From Nitrospirota bacterium (lineage in GTDB: Bacteria; Nitrospirota; Nitrospiria; Nitrospirales; Nitrospiraceae), in contig CAVPBK010000006.1 in assembly GCA_963701855.1 (NCBI GenBank), positions 1,440,001 to 1,504,000 of the forward strand: 64,000 nucleotides of DNA, in the 5' to 3' direction. The notes beneath the pieces are model-generated. The model saw only the letters and a list, made by a program, of their open reading frames with translations, made no database searches and was not told where the DNA came from. Position 1 is the first letter of the stretch, and every line of letters starts with the position of its first letter. Positions 11,226 to 20,288 of this stretch are shown here, piece after piece. The position numbers and the translations under genes are program-made.

Positions 11226-11750
11226 ATGACCATGAAGCATTCTGTGATCATGACGGAAGGGCATGAGGGCAAAGTCCTTGAGGTGAATGCCGACCAGGAA
11301 GTGGTCAGTATTCATAGTGCCACGGGAAAACTGCTCGGCACCCTATCGTGGGGAGCAGTCATTGAACAGATTCTTGCCAGCGACGACGATGTACGATTCG
11401 CCCATGCGCGCTCTCACCCGAGAGCCCCGCTGGCCGTCAAGGTTCGTTACACGACACCGGAAGGAAGACAGGTTGACAGCTTAACCGGCGGCATTGGTGC
11501 AGGTGGGTTGTTCATCGAAAGCAGCGCCCCGCTAGCTCCTGGGACCGAGCTTTCCGTTGAGTTTGCACTGCCCGATCGTCCTTGGGAAAAACACAAGGCC
11601 AAAGCGAAGGTCGCCTGGACTCGCAACAAGCCTGAACGGCATTTGCTTTTTCCTGGTATGGGCGTCCAATTTACCGATATCGATGAAAAGGCCCGCAAAG
11701 AGCTTATCGAGCTTGTGGACGCGTTGAATCGTTCCCGCCTTGCGACCTAA
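11226..11750 (+). CDS. PilZ domain protein, tandem paralogue
   Basis: RSHPR, GGLFIES, AKVAW, PGMGVQF; aligns along its length with the upstream gene. Confidence 0.8.
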   Translation: MTMKHSVIMTEGHEGKVLEVNADQEVVSIHSATGKLLGTLSWGAVIEQILASDDDVRFAHARSHPRAPLAVKVRYTTPEGRQVDSLTGGIGAGGLFIESSAPLAPGTELSVEFALPDRPWEKHKAKAKVAWTRNKPERHLLFPGMGVQFTDIDEKARKELIELVDALNRSRLAT

Positions 11751-12215
11751 CAGGTTGCGGAAAAACTATTTTCATCCTCGGTGAGACTCTGTGAATGGGA
11801 CATTCGCGATGATTGTTGGTTAGCCCGCAAGATGCTCAAAAATGCCGTCCAGCGAGGTCGCATTGAGTTGCATTTTGTAAGGGGTGGGTGAGTGATCCCA
11901 ACTGCGCGCGCGCAACATTCTCACCCGCCCACCCACTGGCAGATATTTTCACCCGCCCTACCCTCAGATTGCTTCGCAATCGATTTCCCGAGACGTGCCA
12001 TTAGCCCGAGCGAGGGCCTTCAGATTCCCCAACTTCCCCAGAGAAAGTAGGCAGATTGTTCTTCACTGCGCGCATTGAGCGACCACCGCTTTATCGTGGG
12101 GGCTCTGCGAGCAAGAAAAACGGTCTGCCTGCTCCCTCGCATCCTTCTGAGGCCGCGCGTTGCGCGAGCAAGGGGATTGTCCCGCTATCCCCATCCCCCC
12201 TTTTTCAGCATCCTA
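11751..12215. mobile_element. MITE-like repeat (family A, long cargo)
   Basis: CAGGTTGCGGAAAAA outer end, inner GATGCTCAAAAA, far end TTTTTCAGCATCCTA; fills the gap between two convergent stop codons. Confidence 0.8.
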
Positions 12216-13000
12216 CTAAGTTCTTGGTTTCGCCCAGCGCCGCACCCCATTGTCTGAATCCTTCGCGATAGTCGTATCGAGTGCCGCCCTAGCCTCAGGG
12301 TCGTTGAGCAGTCCAAGACGATAGACAGCCTCTGCTCTCACGCCAGACGAGGGATCTTCTACCAACCGCTCTCTGAGCCAAGGGGAGGACGCCGACCCTC
12401 TCCACTCACCCACCACCGCCACGATCCTCTGACGAACCTCTGCATCGGAGTCACGCCCTGCTGCGACGAGGGTAGGAACCCATTAGCTTGAGTCGGCTCG
12501 TAGCAATGCCCGCACTGTCGCTCTTCTATCGTTGCGTCCGGAGATCGCAGTAAGCCTACGACAGGCTCCAATAATTGAGAACCTGGTTCTATTACGCCAA
12601 TCGCCGCTACCGCCGCCTGCCGGACCGATTTAACAGGATCCTGCAGCGCCTGTGTCAACAGAACCACCACTCCCATTAGTAGCTGCAGGCTTCAAGCGTC
12701 CCATGGCCAGCACCGACGCTTCGCGGACTAGTGCTGCGGGATCGTGAATGAAGGGAAGAATGGAGTCCGTGGTTCGTGCATCGCCGATCTTGCCCGGAGA
12801 CTCTGCAGCCATCCGCCGTATCTCTGGTGCCTCATCGCGGAGCAACTCTAACAATGACGAGAGACCGTACGCTCCCTCGAGAATGGTGGAGAATCCTGGG
12901 CACAACCAGCGAGACAGAGGACTGACGCGACAACTGCGTACCCTATGGTGCGAGATGACGTGCGACAGAGCAGGGTGCCGACATCAGGTAAGCTGATAAA
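12216..13000 (-). pseudogene. HEAT-repeat lipoprotein pseudogene
   Basis: Lipobox LAGC, then HEAT repeats (LLELLRDEAPEIRRMAAE; LTQALQDPVKSVRQAAVAAIG; LVEDPSSGVRAEAVYRLG) split by about three frameshifts and an in-frame TAA. Start approximate. Confidence 0.75.
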
Positions 13001-13013
13001 GACTGCCCCCAGT

Positions 13014-13829
13014 TCACGCTTGTTTAGGAGGCTCTTCGTGAAAGGCAGGCAGTTCTTTGGCCGCTTCGATGGATTGTTGGAATTCCTTCTGGGCCGAATC
13101 CATTTCGGCTTGAATTGTTCGTATCTCGGGATCGACAGAATTGCGGACATCGGCCACGGCCTGCTTAAACGTCCGCAACGCATCCCCAAGTCCTTCTCCC
13201 AAATTCTGCATATCCCCCGAGGAAGTGCTGGCCGGTTGCGCAGCCTTCGCCTTTATCGCCGCCTGCTGTGCCTGCACACGGGTCACGGCGTCTTTGTTGA
13301 CAATGGCTGAGGGGCGATTGACCACAGGTTTCACTTGGGCGCCCGCAGGAAGAGGTGGGTACTGCGCCCGCATTACCGGCGCGGGGGCCGCCGCTCGTTC
13401 TTCCATCGTCGGGGGCTGGTTGCCCTGCCCTGTCGTTTGGACTGAGACTGGCCGGGCTGCCGTGGAGGTCAGTGGCCGATCCGGCTGTGGCGGAGCAGCC
13501 ATGTTGTGCATCAAGGAAGCAGTGGTCCCGGGAGTCAGTTCCGGCCCAGGCATATAGGGTGCCGTGGGCTTCGGAGCGGCAGGGGCCTGTCCATGCGTCA
13601 TTGCCGCTGCAGGTGCAGCTTGAAGTGTTGATTGGGCCTGCATGGGTGCCGGTTGATTCGCTTCGGGCGGTGCTGCATCTGGCGCAGGGATATCGTTGAC
13701 TTCTTTTTTGAACCCTCTGAGCGCTTTGCCGACCCCCTCACCGATTTGTGGAAGTTTTCCCGCCCCGAAAATGATGAGGACAATGACGAGGATAATAATG
13801 AGTTCCGAGATCCCCATGGTACCGAACAT
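13014..13829 (-). CDS. tatA: TatA/E family subunit with long Pro/Ala linker and a second Tat-like amphipathic helix
   Basis: MGISELIIILVIVLIIFGAGKLPQIGEGVGKALRGFKK; C-terminal LGEGLGDALRTFKQAV repeat. Confidence 0.85.
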   Translation of the reverse strand: MFGTMGISELIIILVIVLIIFGAGKLPQIGEGVGKALRGFKKEVNDIPAPDAAPPEANQPAPMQAQSTLQAAPAAAMTHGQAPAAPKPTAPYMPGPELTPGTTASLMHNMAAPPQPDRPLTSTAARPVSVQTTGQGNQPPTMEERAAAPAPVMRAQYPPLPAGAQVKPVVNRPSAIVNKDAVTRVQAQQAAIKAKAAQPASTSSGDMQNLGEGLGDALRTFKQAVADVRNSVDPEIRTIQAEMDSAQKEFQQSIEAAKELPAFHEEPPKQA

Positions 13830-13895
13830 GGCGTGGGTCCTTTTCCTTAGCCCGACAAATCGCCGTGGGCCGTACTCTATTTTCCTGTCGAATCA

Positions 13896-13925
13896 ACTCT
13901 ATAGGCCAGTAGGAGGCACTGTCAA
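13896..13925 (-). promoter_or_regulatory. Putative sigma-70 promoter of tatA
   Basis: Reverse strand TTGACA-N18-TAGAGT. Confidence 0.45.
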
Positions 13926-13938
13926 GGAATGGACTGGG

Positions 13939-15147
13939 CTAGCAAATGGAGATGATCTCGCCCTGCAACGGCAACCCAAATACCAATGTCTCACGCTCCG
14001 CGAGGTACACATCCAGTTCGCTTCTGATTCCAAACTCGCCTGATAGGTAGATTCCCGGCTCAATAGAAAAACAGGTCCTCGGCATCAGTCGGCGAGTGTC
14101 CTGCGTCTCTAAGCCATCGATGTTGGCTCCATTGCCATGAACTTCTTCGCCGATCGAATGACCCGTGCGATGGACGAATTGGTCGCCGTAGCCACTATGC
14201 TGGATGACCTGTCGGCAGGCGTTGTCGACTTCCCAGCCGAATGGGCGATGGCCGGCAGCCATTTCTGTCTGGACGAATGTCAGCGCTGCGTCCCGTCCCT
14301 GCCGGACCAAGTTGAAGATCTCGCGATGTTTCACCGGAACGGTCCGGCCGACATAGCCGGTCCATGTGATATCAGCATAGACCGAGCCGGCCTCTGCTCG
14401 TTTGGCCCAGAGATCGATCAAGAGCAACGCATCGCGGGTGACTTCCGCTGACCCCGTCTCTGTCGGACCATAATGGGGATCAGCGCTGTGGGCGTTGACG
14501 GCGGCGATCGGCGCGCTCGACGTGACCATCCCGGCATCGCGTATACGAGCCAGGATAAACTGCTGCACTCCATATTCCGTGAGACTTCGCCCTTGCGTGA
14601 TCGCCTCATGCACATGACCAAATGTCTGATCAACGATGCGCCGAAGCGCCGCCGCAGCATACTGATGCGATTCGAGTTGGCGATCCGTCCATCGCGCTTC
14701 AAACGTCTGAATCAAATCCGCCGAACTCACCACCTCGACGTCGTAGCTTCTGATCAACTCGATCGTACCGGCATCCACGCGCGACACATAGGGAACCGCA
14801 TTCAGCGGGGAATATTGCATGGCGACACGGAGGCCACCGTCGAGCAGGCGCGAAAGGATCTGCCGTTGCTGCTCCCACGACACATAGCAATCGGCCTGTC
14901 CTGGCAGTGCATCCAGTACGTGCGGCTCGATGCGGTGAAGCAGCTTGACAGGTGCCCCCTGCGACGGGATCCAGTAGTACCATCGCCTGGTGACATGGAC
15001 GGTAGGATCGAGTTGGAGAATACGATAGGCGAGGGGGTCGCTTCCGCGGAAATCGTAGAAGAGCCAGCCGTCGATCTCAGTATCGCGCAGTGCCTGTTGA
15101 ATTTCGCTAACACGCTGATAAATGGCCGTAGTCATAGTAGCGGACAT
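13939..15147 (-). CDS. M24 family Xaa-Pro aminopeptidase
   Basis: LLLIDLWA, YADITWT, HRTGHSIG, FSIEPGIY, GIRSE metal-ligand motifs. Confidence 0.88.
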   Translation of the reverse strand: MSATMTTAIYQRVSEIQQALRDTEIDGWLFYDFRGSDPLAYRILQLDPTVHVTRRWYYWIPSQGAPVKLLHRIEPHVLDALPGQADCYVSWEQQRQILSRLLDGGLRVAMQYSPLNAVPYVSRVDAGTIELIRSYDVEVVSSADLIQTFEARWTDRQLESHQYAAAALRRIVDQTFGHVHEAITQGRSLTEYGVQQFILARIRDAGMVTSSAPIAAVNAHSADPHYGPTETGSAEVTRDALLLIDLWAKRAEAGSVYADITWTGYVGRTVPVKHREIFNLVRQGRDAALTFVQTEMAAGHRPFGWEVDNACRQVIQHSGYGDQFVHRTGHSIGEEVHGNGANIDGLETQDTRRLMPRTCFSIEPGIYLSGEFGIRSELDVYLAERETLVFGLPLQGEIISIC

Positions 15148-15217
15148 CTTATCGTCGCGCTGTCAAGCCGTCAATGTGGTGGCCATTGAGGTCGGTGGTC
15201 ATGCTACAATGCGCGCC

Positions 15218-15682
15218 ATGGCAATTGAGTATGCACCGGAGTCTTCCCAGTTCCGCGTGACTCTGTTTGTCGGACCGCAGCCAGTGGAGGGAAGACCCTT
15301 CACCACCACCTGTGTTTTTAACGTCAAGAAACGAAGTTGGAAGGGTGGAGTCCAGATCGCCGTCGTTGTCACCCAGAGTCAGATCGATCGGCTCAGCAGC
15401 GATGTCGATTTCCCCAGCTGGTTGGCTCTGGCCCTAGTCGATCTCACAGATGAAGATCGACTCTCTCATCAAGAACGAGCCCGTGAGCTGTTTATCCAAG
15501 CAGTCTGTCGGTGCAAGCTGGACCTGGCATTGCAATCCGGCATCGCTCAAGAGAACCAATGTCTGGCAGACGACATAGGAATCACTGAAATCAGAGCCGC
15601 CGTGATCAAGCGGACAAACTTCATCACATCACATGTTGCATCTGAACTGGACCTCATACTGAGGGATGTTGCTGCTCCGTAG
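15218..15682 (+). CDS. Hypothetical protein
   Basis: Open frame divergent from the peptidase; TACAAT -10-like box upstream; start uncertain. Confidence 0.6.
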   Translation: MAIEYAPESSQFRVTLFVGPQPVEGRPFTTTCVFNVKKRSWKGGVQIAVVVTQSQIDRLSSDVDFPSWLALALVDLTDEDRLSHQERARELFIQAVCRCKLDLALQSGIAQENQCLADDIGITEIRAAVIKRTNFITSHVASELDLILRDVAAP

Positions 15683-15823
15683 AAGATACTCCTCGTTGGC
15701 GCGGCAGGGGGTTTGCATTCAGAGGCGAATTTGTTATAACCGCACTAATACTGAATCGTGGGAGAGCGTCCTGAAGTCAACCATTGCCGCTCGGTTCGTT
15801 CTGTCGAAGAAGGAGGAAAATCT

Positions 15824-16276
15824 GTGAATACATACGCGTCTTCATCCAATCGCCCCCGTGAGGCTTCCACATTCAAACTGGTGGCAGTCTTCCTGCTCCT
15901 GACCCTGTGCACCGTCATGATCGTGCCGTCGGCGTGGAGTCAAGAAGCCACAGGCTCCCCGTCGAGCCAAAGCATCGAGGGCGGAAGCCCGTCAAACGCA
16001 GGTATGCAAGCCGCAGCTGTTCTCAGCACACTCGTATATTTTCCACTGAAGTTGGCTTTCGCCATCGGTGGAGGGATTATCGGAGGACTCACCTATGCGT
16101 GTTCCGGCGGGAATGAGGAAGCGGCCAAGAGCGTTTGGACCACGAGCCTCTACGGCACCTACCTCATCACCCCCGATCATCTCCAAGGCAATCGGCCCAT
16201 CCGATTCCTGGGAGTCGCCGACTCGAACAATACACCGGCGCCAGCCTCTGTTCCGGAGCCCATCCCTAGCCGATGA
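15824..16276 (+). CDS. Hypothetical exported/membrane protein
   Basis: AGGAGG RBS then GTG; signal-like segment (VAVFLLLTLCTVMIVPSAWS) and a Gly-rich hydrophobic helix; overlaps the next start (ATGA). Confidence 0.7.
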   Translation: MNTYASSSNRPREASTFKLVAVFLLLTLCTVMIVPSAWSQEATGSPSSQSIEGGSPSNAGMQAAAVLSTLVYFPLKLAFAIGGGIIGGLTYACSGGNEEAAKSVWTTSLYGTYLITPDHLQGNRPIRFLGVADSNNTPAPASVPEPIPSR

Positions 16277-17019
16277 AACCGATCATCGGCGTCACACCAG
16301 ACTTCAATGCCGGTGATCGGAAGGAATGGGGTGGGAGAGAGCCCACCTACTTTTTGCGCGGGCGCTACATTCGTGCCATCGAAGAACTTGGCGGCATCCC
16401 GCTGGTCCTTCCACTCCATCCAGACCGAGCCACGAGACGGCGTCTCCTCCAGCAGCTTGACGGACTCCTTCTCACCGGAAGCGGGCCGGACCTGTCACCC
16501 TCATTATATGGTGAACGTCAGCGCTATCCGTTCGGAATCGTGAGCGAACGTCGCACGAGTTTTGAACTGGACATTGTCCACCTGGCGAGACAGGCTGACG
16601 TCCCGCTGCTCGCCATCTGTGGAGGCATGCAGGCCATGAATGTCGCCTTCGGCGGCAGTCTGTTTCAGGATATCTCATCCCAAATCTCGACCGCGCTCCA
16701 ACATCGGCAACGAACTCCAGCGACAAACCTCAGCCACACCGTCACAGTCATACCCGACAGCCTGCTCCGTCGCATTGTGCGATCGCGGTCAATGCGGGTG
16801 AATAGTTCACACCATCAATCGGTCAAAGTCGTTGCGCCGTCGTTGATCGCCAGTGCCCTGGCCGAGGATGGTATTGTCGAGGCAGTCGAATCGCCGGCTA
16901 ACCGCTTTTTTCTCGGCATCCAGTGGCATCCGGAGTTTCTCTTCGACCGGCACCCTCTCCACCGACGATTGTTCGAAGCCTTTCTGCGTGCCGCCCGTAC
17001 CACAGACCGTAGTGCGTGA
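16273..17019 (+). CDS. Gamma-glutamyl-gamma-aminobutyrate hydrolase family (peptidase C26, PuuD-like)
   Basis: KPIIGVT, DGLLLTG, LAICGGMQ, VNSSHHQS, GIQWHPE. Confidence 0.9.
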   Translation: MKPIIGVTPDFNAGDRKEWGGREPTYFLRGRYIRAIEELGGIPLVLPLHPDRATRRRLLQQLDGLLLTGSGPDLSPSLYGERQRYPFGIVSERRTSFELDIVHLARQADVPLLAICGGMQAMNVAFGGSLFQDISSQISTALQHRQRTPATNLSHTVTVIPDSLLRRIVRSRSMRVNSSHHQSVKVVAPSLIASALAEDGIVEAVESPANRFFLGIQWHPEFLFDRHPLHRRLFEAFLRAARTTDRSA

Positions 17020-17045
17020 AGTGCAAGAACCGGAAGGTCTTTTTT

Positions 17046-17108
17046 TGTTTATTTGGTCTATCTGGTTTGTTTGGTTGAACGGGATAGACCAGATGAACCA
17101 GATCAACG
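17046..17108. repeat. Inverted 9-mer tandem repeat hairpin
   Basis: (TTTGGTCTA/TCTGGTTTG)n facing (TAGACCAGA/TGAACCAGA)n. Confidence 0.65.
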
Positions 17109-17210
17109 CGCCTCACTCGGCTATCCATGAAGTAGGCCTGCTATACTTGACCCCATGTGGAGCAGAAGCTCGTTGACCCTACAATGCCTTTCGCCATCTC
17201 CGCGATCTAA

Positions 17211-17443
17211 CCCGCATTATTCATGAGCATTTCTGCTACAACCGTCGATCCGCAGCTACGACGAGCCTTCGGCCAGCGGGCTTGCCCCTCGGCCCCTCAC
17301 CGTACTGTTGGGGACTGGCGCCATTCTTTTTGGCGCCAGTCCCTGTCTGACGAGCAACGGGACAGGCACCGCCGTAGACGTCGGAGCCAGTCCCCTGGGT
17401 TCCGCGCGCCGGTCTCGCGACGAACCGTCATGAATAACGCGGG
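17211..17443. mobile_element. 233-bp MITE with IS1380-like ends
   Basis: TIRs CCCGCATTATTCATGA / TCATGAATAACGCGGG (15/16 match), CTAA direct repeat at 17207-10 and 17444-47, internal REP-like palindromes. Confidence 0.8.
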
Positions 17444-17456
17444 CTAAGGAGGTACG

Positions 17457-18875
17457 GTGATCAGCCGACTCTTCCGAACCAAGTCCATTGAACAGATCCT
17501 CGCAGACGCAGATCATCCCGATCATCGTTTAAAGAAAACCCTCACGGCTTGGGATCTGACCGCGCTCGGTATCGGCGCGATCATTGGCACAGGCATCTTC
17601 GTCCTGATCGGCACCGCCATTGTCGGTGATGTTCACCGGCCCGGGGCAGGGCCTGGAATCATTCTGTCCTTTGTGCTCTCCGGCCTGACCTGTGTCTTCG
17701 CGGCACTCTGCTATGCAGAGTTTTCCACCATGATTCCCGCAGCCGGCTCTGCCTATACCTATTCGTATGCCACGTTGGGAGAATTCCTGGCCTGGATTAC
17801 CGGCTGGAACTTGATTCTCGAATACGGTGTGGCCTGCGTCGCCGTTGCCATCGGATGGTCCGGCTATTTCAACAATCTACTCAGGTTGGCGGGGATTGAA
17901 CTGCCGCACTGGGCGACGCATCCACCCGGAGGACCAGACGGGGGTGTGGCAAATTTTCCCGCCGCGATTATTGTGCTGCTCGTCACCATCATTCTTGTCA
18001 TTGGGATCAAAGAAAGCGCACGAGCAACCGGCATTATTGTATGTTTGAAACTTGCGGTGATCCTCTTCTTCATTGCGGTGGGGACGCCGGCCGTGAATAG
18101 CGACAACTGGACGCCTTTCTTGCCGCAGGGGTTCGCCGGTGTCGGCGCTGCAGCGGCGATCGTGTTTTTTGCGTATATCGGATTCGATGCCATCTCGACG
18201 ACCGCCGAGGAAGCCAAGAATCCTCAGCGGGATTTGCCGATTGGAATCATTGCCTCACTCAGTATCTGCACCGTCCTCTACATTGCCGTAGCCGCCGTCC
18301 TGACCGGTTTGGTCCCCGCAGCACAGATCGACATCCATGCGCCGGTGGCCGCAGCGCTGAGTAAGGTGGGTTTTAAGTGGGGAGCGGCGATTGTGGCATT
18401 TGGAGCCGTAGCCGGAATTACCAGCGTACTCGTCGTGATGATGCTAGGGCAGATCCGGGTATTCTTTGCCATGTCGCGCGACCACCTCTTGAGCCCCTGG
18501 CTCTCAACCGTGCATCCGCGCTATGGCACACCGCACCATGCCACCATTCTCACTGGTATCGCCGTGGCCACGCTTGCTGCCTTGATTCCCATCGGCGATG
18601 CGGCGGACATGACGAACATCGGCACTCTCTTTGCTTTTGTCCTGGTCTGTATCGGTGTCGTGGTCTTGCGCTATACGAAGCCCAACCAGCTCCGCCCATT
18701 CAGGCTTCCGTTCATGCCGGTCGTTCCCATTCTAGGCATGTTGGCCTGCCTCGGTTTGATGAGTTTTCTCCCATGGGTGACCTGGATCAGATTCGCCGTC
18801 TGGACTGCTATCGGCGTTGTGGTCTATCTGGGATACGGCATGAAACATAGCAAACTAGCCGGCCCTTCCTCCTGA
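17457..18875 (+). CDS. APC family amino acid permease
   Basis: GIGAIIGTGIF, LCYAEF, GSAYTYSY, FAYIGFDAISTTAEEAKNPQR; about 12 hydrophobic segments; AGGAGG RBS. Confidence 0.93.
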   Translation: MISRLFRTKSIEQILADADHPDHRLKKTLTAWDLTALGIGAIIGTGIFVLIGTAIVGDVHRPGAGPGIILSFVLSGLTCVFAALCYAEFSTMIPAAGSAYTYSYATLGEFLAWITGWNLILEYGVACVAVAIGWSGYFNNLLRLAGIELPHWATHPPGGPDGGVANFPAAIIVLLVTIILVIGIKESARATGIIVCLKLAVILFFIAVGTPAVNSDNWTPFLPQGFAGVGAAAAIVFFAYIGFDAISTTAEEAKNPQRDLPIGIIASLSICTVLYIAVAAVLTGLVPAAQIDIHAPVAAALSKVGFKWGAAIVAFGAVAGITSVLVVMMLGQIRVFFAMSRDHLLSPWLSTVHPRYGTPHHATILTGIAVATLAALIPIGDAADMTNIGTLFAFVLVCIGVVVLRYTKPNQLRPFRLPFMPVVPILGMLACLGLMSFLPWVTWIRFAVWTAIGVVVYLGYGMKHSKLAGPSS

Positions 18876-18900
18876 CGACCAACTTCCATAACGTTCCTAG

Positions 18901-19325
18901 TAGGATGCTGAAAAAGGGGGGATGGGGTAGCTGGGACGATCCCCTTGCTCGCGCAACGCGCGGCCTCAGAAGGATGCGAGGGAGCAGGCAGACCGTTCTT
19001 CTTGCTCGCGGAGCCCCCACGATAAAGCGGTGGTCGCTCAATGCGCGCAGTGAAGAACAATCTGCCTACTTCCTCTGGGGAAGTTGGGGGAATCTGAAGA
19101 CCCTCGCCTGGGCCACTGGCACGTCTCGGCATGCCAGTGGGTGGGCGGGTGAGAATGTTTCGCGCAGTTGGGATCAACCCACCCAACCCCTTATAAAGTG
19201 ATAGCTCGCTGCGGCCTTGCTGGACGAACTTTTTGAGCATCCTGCAGGGTTGTATCCTGTTGCCACAGACAGATAGACCATTGGGTGGGATTGCCGGAGG
19301 GCCAGCATTGCTTTCCCTAGCCGGC
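18901..19325. mobile_element. MITE-like repeat (family A, long cargo, inverted relative to 11751)
   Basis: CTAG|TAGGATGCTGAAAAAG...CTTTTTGAGCATCCTG plus an ~80-bp tail; long near-identity to the reverse complement of 12020-12215. Confidence 0.8.
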
Positions 19326-19338
19326 TAAATAAATCAGA

Positions 19339-19767
19339 TTAGCTTGATTTGTCCACAGGTTGAGCTGCTAAGGCTGGGGCAGGAGTCGGTGCGTTGTCAG
19401 CAGGAGAATCTGGAGAGGCTGCAGATGCGACAGGCTGGCCAGCTGGTGCTGATGCAGCAGTGGCTGCCGCTGGTTTGGGAGCAGCGGGCGGCTTGGGAGG
19501 AGCAGGTTTCTCCGGCTTGATGCCTCCTTCCCACGAGGGGCCGGAGTACATATCCGCCGAGAGACCTTTCGATTTCCATTTCTCTTCAAAATCTGCGGCC
19601 GCCTTATTCGGCGTCTCCCCATTCCCCACGACATTATTCCACGGATAGATCTTTGGGCTGATCTGGCACCCGGTCTCAGTTCGCTTCAAATACAAGGAGA
19701 TAGGGTTTCCGCGATAGGGTCCAAGATAGATATGCACGGACCCGGCATATTCGAGCAAATGCTCCAT
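19339..19767 (-). CDS. Hypothetical protein with Pro/Ala-rich C-terminal tail
   Basis: GGAGG RBS before ATG 19767; globular N-half and low-complexity tail. Confidence 0.65.
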   Translation of the reverse strand: MEHLLEYAGSVHIYLGPYRGNPISLYLKRTETGCQISPKIYPWNNVVGNGETPNKAAADFEEKWKSKGLSADMYSGPSWEGGIKPEKPAPPKPPAAPKPAAATAASAPAGQPVASAASPDSPADNAPTPAPALAAQPVDKSS

Positions 19768-19804
19768 CCCCGCCTCCAAAGGGTCGCATGATGCCATAAT
19801 AGGG

Positions 19805-20130
19805 AAGGGGAGGGCAAGGAGGCGCGGGGATGAGCCTGATGATCCTCCGTGCTTGCGCAACGCGCGGCCTCAGAAGGGTAGAGGGGATCAGATGCCCTTC
19901 TTGCTCGCAGAACGCGCACAGTGAAACTGTGCTCGTTCGATGCGCGCAGTAATGGGCAGCCGTGTCCGCTCCTCTAGCGAGAGGTACAGAGAGTCGGAAG
20001 GCCCTCGCTCGGGCTAATGGCACGTCTCGGGAAATCGATTGCGAAGCAATCGGAGGGTAGGGCGGGTGAAAATATCTGCCAGTGGGTGGGCGGGTGAGAA
20101 AGTTGCGCACAGTCAGGGGGCAAACCTCCT
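19805..20130. repeat. Long-cargo repeat lacking family A termini
   Basis: Shares CAACGCGCGGCCTCAGAAGG and GGCACGTCTCGGGAAATCGATTGCGAAGCAATC...GCCAGTGGGTGGGCGGGTGAGAA with 11900-12170 (inverted). Confidence 0.75.
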
Positions 20131-20251
20131 CGCTTTCTAAGGGAATAGAGAAGATGAGAATATGCGGCGGGTCCCAGCGAATGACGGCATGGAGTCAGAC
20201 GCTGCAGAACTCGCCGATTACGATGTCACCGATACCCAGCTGCTCGTTAGA

Positions 20252-20281
20252 TTGACAGGCTTTTCAGCTGTCCCGTAGACT
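20252..20281 (+). promoter_or_regulatory. Putative sigma-70 promoter of rimO
   Basis: TTGACA-N18-TAGACT ending 7 bp before the ATG, suggesting a leaderless or near-leaderless mRNA. Confidence 0.5.
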
Positions 20282-20288
20282 GCCTCGT

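Noticed and set aside
17223..17447. 74-aa ORF ending MNNAG
   Set aside because: It spans the 233-bp MITE almost exactly; start and stop are supplied by the inverted repeats and target duplication.
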